64,000 nucleotides of DNA from Gemmatimonadaceae bacterium (GTDB taxonomy: Bacteria; Gemmatimonadota; Gemmatimonadetes; Gemmatimonadales; Gemmatimonadaceae): assembly GCA_025934775.1 (NCBI GenBank), contig JAICWO010000004.1, positions 114,724 to 178,723 of the forward strand. Reading direction: 5' to 3'. The position numbers were made by a program, and so were the translations under genes. The notes beneath the pieces were generated by a model. That model worked only from the letters and a program-made list of their open reading frames with translations, was not told the origin of the DNA and ran no database searches. This document shows, in pieces, positions 7,973 through 16,595 of the stretch. How positions within the stretch are numbered: position 1 is the first letter of the stretch; each line of letters starts with the position of its first letter.

Positions 7973-8169
7973 GGTTGTGTTGATGCTCTGCGGCGAGAGT
8001 TCTCGGTCGGCGTCGCACAGGCGGCGAGCGCCATGGCGGCGAGCGCGGCCGCGCCCTGCGTTAGAAAAATTCGACGGTCGATGGCGCGCTCGGCCGCGTG
8101 CTCACTGGCCCGAGCGCACGAGCACGCCTCACACGCCGCACCATCCGTCTGTGATTGCTGCTGCTCCAT
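7679..8169 (-). pseudogene. Tat-signal Rieske lipoprotein, apparently interrupted by a 2-nt (TG) frameshift near 8016-8019
   Basis: ATG at 8169 has a GGAGG 6 nt upstream and encodes ...AIDRRIFLTQGAAALAAMALAAC (twin-Arg motif plus lipobox). The Rieske frame is open across the junction (..LCDADRELSPQSINTTVSVSQFPAL..). Removing one TG from CCTGTGCG joins the two frames. Confidence 0.5.
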
Positions 8170-8313
8170 GTCGCACCTCCGCTGCTGCTGAACTGGACCG
8201 TCATTCGCAGGTCGAATGCCCGCGCGCCAATGCACGCGTGCAATTCGCGATGTCACTTTCGACGGTAGCAACAGGACACAGATGCACGCGGCAGCCCTCA
8301 CGCGCGCTTCGCG

Positions 8314-8862
8314 TCAGGGCGAACTCTCCGGCAGCCACGGGGCGAGCCGCGCGCGGAGATGCCGGAGGGCTTTCCCCATCTGCGACTCCACGGTCTTCAC
8401 GGAAATGCCCAGCGTGCTTGCGATCTCCGCGTATCGCAGCCCTTGCGCGCGGCTCAGCTCGAACACTTGCCGGCAGGCGGGCGGCAATTCCGCCACCGCG
8501 CTCGCGAGTGCCGTGCGGAGCTCCGCGGTCACGGCGAGTGAAGGCCCCGGCGCGGGCACCGCTTCCTCCGGCGTGAGCTCGGGCTCGGCGCGCTGGCGCA
8601 CGCGCGCGTGTCGGAGCTGGTTGAGCGAACGATTGCGCACGGATCGCAGCAGGTACGCGCGCAGCGATTCGTGAATCGCGAGCTCCGCGTGCCGGCGCCA
8701 CAGCTCGAGCATCACATCCTGCGCGACGTCCTCCGCGGTCGCGCGATCGTGCAACACGGTCTGCGCGAACGCGACCAGGTGCGCGTAATGCGCGCGGAAG
8801 ATCGCGTCGAAGGCCGACTGATCTCCTGACCGGAGCCGCTCGAGCAACGGGCGTTCGTCCAT
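8314..8862 (-). CDS. ECF (group 4) sigma-70 family RNA polymerase sigma factor
   Basis: Region 2 (FDAIFRAHYAHLVAFA...AEDVAQDVMLELW) and region 4 HTH (LRYAEIASTLGISVKTVESQM). Confidence 0.9.
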   Translation of the reverse strand: MDERPLLERLRSGDQSAFDAIFRAHYAHLVAFAQTVLHDRATAEDVAQDVMLELWRRHAELAIHESLRAYLLRSVRNRSLNQLRHARVRQRAEPELTPEEAVPAPGPSLAVTAELRTALASAVAELPPACRQVFELSRAQGLRYAEIASTLGISVKTVESQMGKALRHLRARLAPWLPESSP

Positions 8863-9005
8863 CGCGGATGTGCGTCAGTCGGTGGAGAGGGGGATGCGCG
8901 GCGCGGCGGCGGGTTCTCTGTTCACGCCGCGAAGAGCCCCGTATACTCCGGGCCGGGACCGATGATCCGGGTCGGGGTATACTAGCGATTGCGTGTCGAT
9001 AGGGC

Positions 9006-10052
9006 ATGATGAACGATGCACCGGAGGAGGGGCCGAACGCGATGGGAGCCGCGCCCGATTGGGACGCGCTGGGGCGCTATCTCGCCGGCGAAAGTCCCGA
9101 CGAAGAAGCGCGCAGCGTGCGCGCGTGGCTCGACGCGCATCCGGCCGAGCGTGCGCTCCTCGACGGGCTGCGGAGCGACGAAGCCAGCCTCCCCGTCGAC
9201 GCAGTAGACGTCGACGGCGCGCTCGCGAAGGTGCATGCGCGGATGCGCAACCAAATGGTTGCACTTCCAGAGCAGCGTGCCATTCGTCGATCGTGGCCCG
9301 CATATACGCTCACTGCGCTCGCCGCCGCGGCGGTCCTCGTCGCGATCGTGCTGTCGCGTCCCGCGGCAAAATCCGCGGCGCCGGCCGCGGCGACCACGTA
9401 CGCCACGGCGATCGGTCAGCGCGATTCGATTCAGCTCGCGGATGGCACGCGCGTCATTCTCGGACCGGCGAGCCGCCTCGTGGTGCCGGCGGGTTATGGA
9501 TCGAGCACGCGCGTCGTCGAGCTGACCGGCGACGCGTACTTCGACGTGCATCACGACGCGGCCAAACCGTTCGGCGTGCGCGTCTCGGACGCGTACATCG
9601 AGGACCTCGGCACATTGTTCAATGTCGAGAGCGATGCCGGCGATACGACGAACGTCTCCGTGCTCGGCGGCAGCATTCGTTTGCGGGGAACCGAATCGAG
9701 CGGCGGCGGGATAGTCCTCGTGGCTGGAGAGCGCGGGCTGGTGGCGGACGGCGGAGCCGCCGTTCTCGATCGCGGACGGGCGAGCGAGGACGACGTCGCG
9801 TGGGCGGCGGGACGGCTCGTGTTCCGCGACGCGTCGCTCGTGAGGGTGGCAGGCGAGTTGCGTCGCTGGTACGGCGTCCGCCTCGTCTTCGCCGATTCGA
9901 CGTTGACCCATCGCCGGCTCACTGCGTCGTTCCAGGGCGAGCCGGTCGATCAGGTCATGCGGACCATTGGGCTGACGCTCGGTGTAGATGTGAAGCTGCA
10001 AGGGGACAGCGCGATCGTTTCCACCAATCACGGATCCTCCGTATCGCGGTGA
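9006..10052 (+). CDS. FecR-family anti-sigma factor / transmembrane sensor
   Basis: N-terminal W..L.RYLAGE....E...V..WL motif, a single TM (LTALAAAAVLVAIVL), and a FecR domain (GTRVILGPASRL...GDAYFDV). Confidence 0.85.
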   Translation: MMNDAPEEGPNAMGAAPDWDALGRYLAGESPDEEARSVRAWLDAHPAERALLDGLRSDEASLPVDAVDVDGALAKVHARMRNQMVALPEQRAIRRSWPAYTLTALAAAAVLVAIVLSRPAAKSAAPAAATTYATAIGQRDSIQLADGTRVILGPASRLVVPAGYGSSTRVVELTGDAYFDVHHDAAKPFGVRVSDAYIEDLGTLFNVESDAGDTTNVSVLGGSIRLRGTESSGGGIVLVAGERGLVADGGAAVLDRGRASEDDVAWAAGRLVFRDASLVRVAGELRRWYGVRLVFADSTLTHRRLTASFQGEPVDQVMRTIGLTLGVDVKLQGDSAIVSTNHGSSVSR

Positions 10053-12523
10053 TTTCGACGGAAGGTTGGCTGCCGCGCTGCCGCCCCATCGCGGCGGCGA
10101 TGTTCGCACTCGCACTGCCGACATTCGCCCGGGCTCAGGCCTGTAGCGCGAACGCCGATTCGAGCGTGATCGCGGAGCACACCCGCTGGTCTCCCCCGCT
10201 CGACCGCCGCATCTCGCTCCGCCCCGCTGCGATCCCGCTGCGCGACGCGCTCGACCACATCGCGACGAGCGCCGGCGTGCGCCTCTCGTACAGCGCCGAC
10301 CTGCTTCCCCTGGATCGCGTCGTGTGCCTCGGCGCCAAGGGCGAAGCCGCGGGCGACGTGCTGCGCGACCTCCTGCGCGACACGCGCACGGCGCCAATTG
10401 CGGTGGGCGGCGATCTGATCGCGATCGCGCCAACGCCGTCCAACGTCCCGGAGTTCAAGGCCCAGGCGGTCGCGCCCGTGAACGTGCTCGATCGCGTGCT
10501 CGTGACGGGGAGCGGCGTGCAGTCCCGCGCCCGCGCCGCGACGATGGATCTGGACGTGATCGACGGACGGCGGTTGGTCCGCGACAACACGACGTCGCTC
10601 GGTGAAGCGTTGAGCGACTACGCCGCCGGCATGTGGAGTTGGCCGCAATCGCCGGCCAGCATGATCACCTCGTTCGGGAGCATGCGCGGCGCGAGCTCGT
10701 TCGGGGTGAGCGCGCCCAAGATCTACGTCGACGGCATCGAGGTCGCGAACCCGCTCCTCGTGAGCCGGCTCTCCCCCGACGCGGTCGATCACATCGACGT
10801 CATCCGCGGACCGGAAGGCTCGGCGCTGTATGGCGCGGACGCGATCAGCGGCGTGGTGAACATCGTCACGCGTTATGAGAATGCTGATGACGCCGGCGAA
10901 CGCCTCTCGCTCCTCTCGAGCGGCGGTGTGACGCAGAGCAGCTTCGCGCGCAATGCGTTCTCGCAGGCGCACGAGCTGTCGCTGTTCGGCGGCTCGCCGT
11001 CGCGGTCCGCCAGCCTGCACGTCTCCGGCGCCAGCGTCGGCGATTTCATTCCCGAGGGGCACAGCCGGCAGATTCTCGCCAACGCGAGCGGACGCTTGAT
11101 CACCTCGAGCGCGACGTTCTCCGGGTCGGCGCGTTTCTTCACGCAACAGGCCGGAACGCCCGAAAGCCCGCTCATCGGCGGCACCGGGGAGTCGTTCGAC
11201 GAAGATGCGGTCGGCCCGCGCAGCAGCGCGAGCCAGCAGTCCGTGCGGGAGTACACCATCGCGTCGAACGCCGTGGTCGCGGCGGGCGACCGGTGGACAG
11301 ACACGTTCGTCGCCGGCATCGATGGATACCGGCTCTCGAACGTCGAATCATCGTTCGCGCCCATTCCGAGCAGCGCTGACTCCGCATTGCGCGCCGCGGA
11401 GGGCGGCGCCGATCGCGCCACGCTTCGCGCGAGCAGCTCGACGGAGCTCGCGCCGAGTCAGCTCACCCACGCCAAGCTCACGCTCACCGCGGAGCACACC
11501 ACGCTGCGCGCGAGCACGCTCGCTGCCAACACGCGATTTCTGTCATCGACGGATGATTCGCGATACGTGCAGAGCTGGCAGAACGCGACGGGGCTGTCGG
11601 GCGAGGTCGAGATCGCGGCGGGCAGCACGCTGTTCTTGACCGGCGGCCTCCGTCTCGAGCACGACAGCCGTCTCGAGACGTCGCAATACGTCGCGGCGCT
11701 TCCCATGCTCGGCAGCGCGCTCCTCGAAGACGTCGGTCCGTTCACGGTCAAGCTGCGCAGCTCGTACGGACGCGGCATTCGCCCGCCGTCTACGATCGCG
11801 CATTCCACCGCGCCCGGACTCTCGATGCGCGCCGGCGCGCTCGGCGCCGAGATGCAGTCGGGACTCGAGTCAGGGCTCGACGTCTCGCTCGATCGCGCGC
11901 TCACGCTGCGCGTCACTCGGTTCGACCAGCGCGCGTCCGGACTGATTCAGCAAGTCGCCGTGGGCGCCGACTCCGAGCTCGCTACGCGGCACATGCTCTG
12001 GTCGTTGCAGAACGTCGGCGAGATCTCGAATCGCGGATGGGAGCTCGAGGGCTCGAGCGAGATCTCGCGTCTCGAGCTCGCGGGCACGCTCTCCCTGGTC
12101 GACAGCCGCGTGCGCCGACTCGCACCGGGCTACACCGGCGATCTTCAAACCGGCGACCGCATGCTCCAGGTTCCCGCGCAAACTGCTTCGCTCAACGCCA
12201 CCTGGAACGCGCGGCACTGGTTCGCGTCCATCGGCGCGTCGCGCGCGTTCGACTGGATCAACTACGACGAAGTCGCGTTCGCGCGCGATTACACGGGCGC
12301 GACGCGGCCCGCGCACGGGCTGCTCGGTGTCTCACTGCGCGAGTATTGGCGGCGCTACGACGGCGGTCTGCGGCTGCGCGCGCACGCGTCGCGCGACCTG
12401 CGGCGCAACATGTCCGTCGAGGTGAGCGCGGACAATCTGCTGGGCTATCAGCTCGACGAGCCGGACAACGCGACTGTGCTCCCCGGTCGCACGCTGATGA
12501 CCGGTTTCCGTCTCACGTTCTGA
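10049..12523 (+). CDS. TonB-dependent receptor with N-terminal STN (secretin/TonB N-terminal) signalling domain
   Basis: STN block (ISLRPAAIPLRDALDHIATSAGVRLSY), plug (IDVIRGPEGSALYGADAISGVVNIVTR), and terminal aromatic residue (FRLTF). GTG at 10049 overlaps the FecR stop (GTGA); ATG at 10100 is an alternative start. The upstream part of track ORF 8993.. is shadow. Confidence 0.85.
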   Translation: MISTEGWLPRCRPIAAAMFALALPTFARAQACSANADSSVIAEHTRWSPPLDRRISLRPAAIPLRDALDHIATSAGVRLSYSADLLPLDRVVCLGAKGEAAGDVLRDLLRDTRTAPIAVGGDLIAIAPTPSNVPEFKAQAVAPVNVLDRVLVTGSGVQSRARAATMDLDVIDGRRLVRDNTTSLGEALSDYAAGMWSWPQSPASMITSFGSMRGASSFGVSAPKIYVDGIEVANPLLVSRLSPDAVDHIDVIRGPEGSALYGADAISGVVNIVTRYENADDAGERLSLLSSGGVTQSSFARNAFSQAHELSLFGGSPSRSASLHVSGASVGDFIPEGHSRQILANASGRLITSSATFSGSARFFTQQAGTPESPLIGGTGESFDEDAVGPRSSASQQSVREYTIASNAVVAAGDRWTDTFVAGIDGYRLSNVESSFAPIPSSADSALRAAEGGADRATLRASSSTELAPSQLTHAKLTLTAEHTTLRASTLAANTRFLSSTDDSRYVQSWQNATGLSGEVEIAAGSTLFLTGGLRLEHDSRLETSQYVAALPMLGSALLEDVGPFTVKLRSSYGRGIRPPSTIAHSTAPGLSMRAGALGAEMQSGLESGLDVSLDRALTLRVTRFDQRASGLIQQVAVGADSELATRHMLWSLQNVGEISNRGWELEGSSEISRLELAGTLSLVDSRVRRLAPGYTGDLQTGDRMLQVPAQTASLNATWNARHWFASIGASRAFDWINYDEVAFARDYTGATRPAHGLLGVSLREYWRRYDGGLRLRAHASRDLRRNMSVEVSADNLLGYQLDEPDNATVLPGRTLMTGFRLTF

Positions 12524-13030
12524 TCAGGGCGCCGGCGCCGGTCCTTCGTCGTCCTCGTGCACGATCGTGCGCCGCACGAGCTGTACGACGCCGGCGAGGA
12601 TGAGTCCCCAGAGCACGATCGCCACGCCGCGATAGACCAGCGCGTGCAGCGTCATCCCCACGAAGTCGTCCCAGTGCGCGCGTACGCTCCCATTCGGCTC
12701 GCGGTGCACCGCGATGAGCAGCGCGCTCGTCGCCATCTCCGCACAGACCTCGACGAGCGCGAACGCCGGCGCGCGCCAGACGTACTGGTGCAGCGGATAG
12801 TTCGCCAGGTGCGCGGTGAGCATGCCGAGCAGCACGATCATTCCCACGGCGAAGGTGCCGCCGAGGTAGATCCAGTTGTTCGAGCCATGGGTGAGCACGA
12901 TCTGCCGGTACAGGCGGACGAACACACCCGTGACCAGCGCCATCTCCCAGAGTGTGTAGGAGAACCGGCGGAACGCCTTCGGCTCCTCGAGATGGAGCGC
13001 GATCGTCTGTCTAGGGAAGAAGCTCGGCAT
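12524..13030 (-). CDS. hypothetical integral membrane protein (4 TM)
   Basis: 168-aa ORF with a strong AAGGAGGTG Shine-Dalgarno upstream and four hydrophobic segments. No family recognised. Confidence 0.6.
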   Translation of the reverse strand: MPSFFPRQTIALHLEEPKAFRRFSYTLWEMALVTGVFVRLYRQIVLTHGSNNWIYLGGTFAVGMIVLLGMLTAHLANYPLHQYVWRAPAFALVEVCAEMATSALLIAVHREPNGSVRAHWDDFVGMTLHALVYRGVAIVLWGLILAGVVQLVRRTIVHEDDEGPAPAP

Positions 13031-13093
13031 GGCTCACCTCCTTAGACAAACGAATTCGCGAAAGGGTGGCAACGGACGCGAGCGTGACGATGG

Positions 13094-15409
13094 TCACTGC
13101 CAGCTTTGCGGTGCGCCGGCAGGCGCCGGGGCTCCCCGCATCACGGCGACGAGCGTCTCCTCGAGGCGCTCGAACGAGAACGGCTTCGTGAGCACCGGTT
13201 GTCGCGTAACCGCGGTTCGGGTGCTCGTCGTCACGACGTCTCCGGTGACGAATACCGTGCGCGCCGCGAGTCCTGGCCGCTCGCGTCGCAGCCGTTCGTG
13301 AAAGGCCGGCCCGTCCATCCCCGGCATGCGCAGATCGCAGACGATCGCGTCGACCGAGGCCGTGCGGACCATTTCCAGCCCCGCAATGCCGTCGGCCGCG
13401 GCGAGCACCGTGAATCCGCGCATCTCGCCGAACGCCTGCATCCCGCTGCGCAGCGACGGCTCGTCGTCGATGAACAGCAGGCGAATACCCGCGAGCGGAG
13501 AACGCAGCACGATCGGACCCGAATCGCGCGCGGAGTCGTCGCTCGGCTGCGCTTCGGCCGCGGGGAGCGCGACGCGGAATGTCGTGCCCGCGCCGGACGT
13601 GTTCGCGACTTCGATCTTCCCGCCGTGCGCGCTGATGATGCCGTAGCTCACGCTGAGACCCAGGCCCGTGCCTTCGCCCTCGCCCTTCGTGGTGAAGAAC
13701 GGCTCGAAGATGTGCGCGCGCGCCGCTTCGGGGATCCCCGGACCGGTGTCGCGCATGTCGAGCACCACGTCCTCGCCGTCGTGGCGTGTCGTGACGAACA
13801 ACGTGCCGCCGCCGAGGACCGCCATTGCCTGAATCGCGTTGGTCACGAGGTTGAGGCACACCTGCTGAAGCTGACGCGCGTCGCCAATGACCGATGGCAG
13901 CTCCGGCGCGAGATCCGCCTCGACGCTGATCTTGTTCGACGTGAGCTGGTAGCCGCGCAGCCGCAGCGTGCGCTGCACGACCATGTTGACGTCGAGTGGC
14001 TCGCGCTGCGGCTCACTGCGGCGCGCGAACGCGAGGAGATCGCGCACCACTTGGCTCGCGCGCAGCGTCTCCGACTTGATCACCTCGATGGAGTCGCGCT
14101 GCGCCGGCGATAGGCCGCCGTCGCGCAACAGGAGCTGCGCAAACGCGCTGATGCTGCTCAGTGGATTGTTCACCTCGTGCGCCACGCCGGCCACGAGCTC
14201 GCCGACCGCGGCGAGGCGATCCGACTCCATGAGCCGCACGCGCATGTCGCGCTCGCCCGTCGTGTCGCGGCCCACGAGCAGGATGCTCGGGGGATCCGCT
14301 TCCGGAAGACGACTCATCGCCAGCGCGACGATGCGCCGCGAGACCGTTCCGCGCGCCGCGTACTGGAACGCGACCTCGACGCGCGACGGCGTTCCGGCGA
14401 ACGTCGCGTCGAGCGCCGCTTGCAGCCGCTCGCGATCGCTGTCGACGACGAGATCGACGACTGGACGTCCGACGACCTGCAGCGGATCGCAGCCCGTCAC
14501 GTCGCGCACGGCGTCGTTCGCCTCGCGAATGCGGCCGCTTTGAAGAACTGTAAACACCGCGTCCGGCGCCGCGCGAAAGAGCGTTCGAAACCGCCACTCC
14601 GCCTGGCGCAGCGTCTCCACCAGCTCGGCGTTCTCGAGCGAGACCGAGAGGAGATCGCCCATCGCCTCGATCCGCTCGAGATCGAGCGGCGTGAAGACTC
14701 GCTCCTCGACCGTACCGACGACTACCGCGCCGATGCGCTCGCCGCGGCGCGCGATCGGCACGATGGCCACGCCCTTCAGCATGTCCTTCGTGCGCTCGTA
14801 GAGCTGCTCGTCGACCTGATCGAAGTGCGCCTGCACGTCCGTCACCGTCCATGCGGTGCCGGTTCGGATGACGCGGCCCATCGCCGATCCGGTGATCGGG
14901 ATCGCCATACCCTTGAGCGGCGCGCCCATACCTGTGCCGACGACGATGCGGATCTTGCCGTCGTCGCCGATCAGCCCGACGATGCCGCCGTCCGATTGCG
15001 CGATGTCAGCGACCGCCTCGAGGAACCGCTCGAGCACGCGCTGCGGATTGAGCTCGAGCGTGATCTGCTGGCCGAGCCACCACATGCGCTGCAGCACCCG
15101 CTGTGCGTCCTCGAGCTCCGACGTGCGCGACACTACCGCCTGCTCGAGCGTCGCGCTCAGTTGCCGCTCTTCGGCGACGCTCCGCATCAACGTATCGTTG
15201 GTCCGCCGCTCCGTGGCGAGCACCCACGCGCCATAGATCGTGAGCGCACCCCCGATCGCGGCGCACGTGAGCAGACCGATCAACACCCCGTCGCGCACGT
15301 GGTCCGGCCATAGCCGCAACAGCAACGCCGTCCCCACGATCACGACCAGAAACTGACCGATCGTGACCAGGCGCGTCGCGCGTGAGGTATGGGTGAATAT
15401 CCGGCGCAT
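13094..15409 (-). CDS. hybrid sensor histidine kinase (TM-GAF-PAS-HisKA-HATPase-REC)
   Basis: H box [12 protein letters not shown] box [11 protein letters not shown] boxes DTGPGI / GTGLGLSV, and a C-terminal receiver (LLFIDDEP...[10 protein letters not shown]...TKPF). Confidence 0.9.
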   Translation of the reverse strand: MRRIFTHTSRATRLVTIGQFLVVIVGTALLLRLWPDHVRDGVLIGLLTCAAIGGALTIYGAWVLATERRTNDTLMRSVAEERQLSATLEQAVVSRTSELEDAQRVLQRMWWLGQQITLELNPQRVLERFLEAVADIAQSDGGIVGLIGDDGKIRIVVGTGMGAPLKGMAIPITGSAMGRVIRTGTAWTVTDVQAHFDQVDEQLYERTKDMLKGVAIVPIARRGERIGAVVVGTVEERVFTPLDLERIEAMGDLLSVSLENAELVETLRQAEWRFRTLFRAAPDAVFTVLQSGRIREANDAVRDVTGCDPLQVVGRPVVDLVVDSDRERLQAALDATFAGTPSRVEVAFQYAARGTVSRRIVALAMSRLPEADPPSILLVGRDTTGERDMRVRLMESDRLAAVGELVAGVAHEVNNPLSSISAFAQLLLRDGGLSPAQRDSIEVIKSETLRASQVVRDLLAFARRSEPQREPLDVNMVVQRTLRLRGYQLTSNKISVEADLAPELPSVIGDARQLQQVCLNLVTNAIQAMAVLGGGTLFVTTRHDGEDVVLDMRDTGPGIPEAARAHIFEPFFTTKGEGEGTGLGLSVSYGIISAHGGKIEVANTSGAGTTFRVALPAAEAQPSDDSARDSGPIVLRSPLAGIRLLFIDDEPSLRSGMQAFGEMRGFTVLAAADGIAGLEMVRTASVDAIVCDLRMPGMDGPAFHERLRRERPGLAARTVFVTGDVVTTSTRTAVTRQPVLTKPFSFERLEETLVAVMRGAPAPAGAPQSWQ

Positions 15410-15469
15410 CGAGGGGGGAAAGCGGGGCGCGGGGAACGCGGGGAGAGGGAGGGATCGTCGACCGTTCGG

Positions 15470-16564
15470 CTACGTCAGAAACTCGTGCAGCAGCGAGTGG
15501 AAATGATGGACTCCGTTCTCGCGCGCGGCTGAGTAGCGCCCACGATCATAGACGCGCGAGCGCAGGTTCCGTTGCACCGTCTCACAGATCTCCACGTCCT
15601 CGTCCTGGATCTCGTCGCTGAACGCGACCAGGCGCGACCACGCGGAATCGGTCGCCGGATCCGCGGGCGGGTTCGCCGCGAACCATTCGAACACCACGAC
15701 CGTGCGATCGTGCGCGACGGGGAGCACGACGTTGGTCTGCATCTGCCCCATGTACACGTTCAACATGACGTTCGGAAAGATCCAGCCGTACACCGCTTCC
15801 GGCACCTCGGCGCGCGACGGATCGTAGCGACGCTCGGCGCTGGCCGCAGACGCCGACGGGACCGGGCGGAGCGGTGCATGCTGTATCGATGAATAGCGGT
15901 GTGGCTCGACGCGGTAGCTGTCGTAGTCGATCTCCTTGTGCAGCGAGGGGTGGACCACGGGGATGTGGTAGCCCTCGAGATAATTATCGACATAGACCTT
16001 CCAGTTGCACGCGAGCTCGTACTCCTTGCGCATCACGTAGCGCATCGATTCGCACCGGAACGGCGCCACGCGCGCCGGGATGTCCTCCAGAAAGTCCGCG
16101 AGCGGCGCCGCTTTGCCGTCGAGGTTCGCGAACACGAGCGGACCCCACGTGTCGACGGCGACCGGCCGCAGTCGCATGTCCTCGGGCGTGAATCGCTCGA
16201 CGCCCTCCATTTCCGGCGCGCGCAGCAGCTCACCGTTGAGCGTGTACGTCCACCCGTGGTACTTGCACTGGAGCGTTTGCCGCTTGCCGCAGCCATGCGC
16301 GACGGGACCGGCCCGATGCAGGCAGACGTTGTAGAACCCGCGCAGCGTGTCGCCGTCGCGCAGCACGACGATCGAGTCGTTGCCGATTTCCGCCGTGAAA
16401 AACTGCCCGGTCTCGGCGACTTGATCGATCCGGCCGACGAGCTGCCATGAATGCGCGAACACACGCTCGCGCTCGAGCTCGAGGTAGACGGGATCGACGT
16501 AGAGTCGCGCCGGGATGGTGGAGGCGCGCCGGATATCGGGATCGAAGGGAAACACTAAAGCCAT
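15470..16564 (-). CDS. Rieske non-heme iron oxygenase, alpha-subunit type (choline monooxygenase-like)
   Basis: CLHRAGP...CKYHGW Rieske boxes followed by the catalytic-domain motif NWKVYVDNYLEGYHIPVVH. Confidence 0.85.
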   Translation of the reverse strand: MALVFPFDPDIRRASTIPARLYVDPVYLELERERVFAHSWQLVGRIDQVAETGQFFTAEIGNDSIVVLRDGDTLRGFYNVCLHRAGPVAHGCGKRQTLQCKYHGWTYTLNGELLRAPEMEGVERFTPEDMRLRPVAVDTWGPLVFANLDGKAAPLADFLEDIPARVAPFRCESMRYVMRKEYELACNWKVYVDNYLEGYHIPVVHPSLHKEIDYDSYRVEPHRYSSIQHAPLRPVPSASAASAERRYDPSRAEVPEAVYGWIFPNVMLNVYMGQMQTNVVLPVAHDRTVVVFEWFAANPPADPATDSAWSRLVAFSDEIQDEDVEICETVQRNLRSRVYDRGRYSAARENGVHHFHSLLHEFLT

Positions 16565-16595
16565 GTGAGGCTGCGCCGGCCGGCTTCAGACGCGG

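Noticed and set aside
8993-10048. N-terminal 350-aa extension of the TonB-receptor ORF (track ORF 8993..12523), and similar 5' extensions of 5888..7657, 20503..22701, 41819..43459, 36249..37433, 37193..38335, 1934..3199 and 51067..51807.
   Set aside because: The extensions are Arg-rich low complexity, overlap real genes in other frames, and internal starts give proper signal peptides, SD sequences or stop-start coupling. The CDSs were trimmed accordingly.
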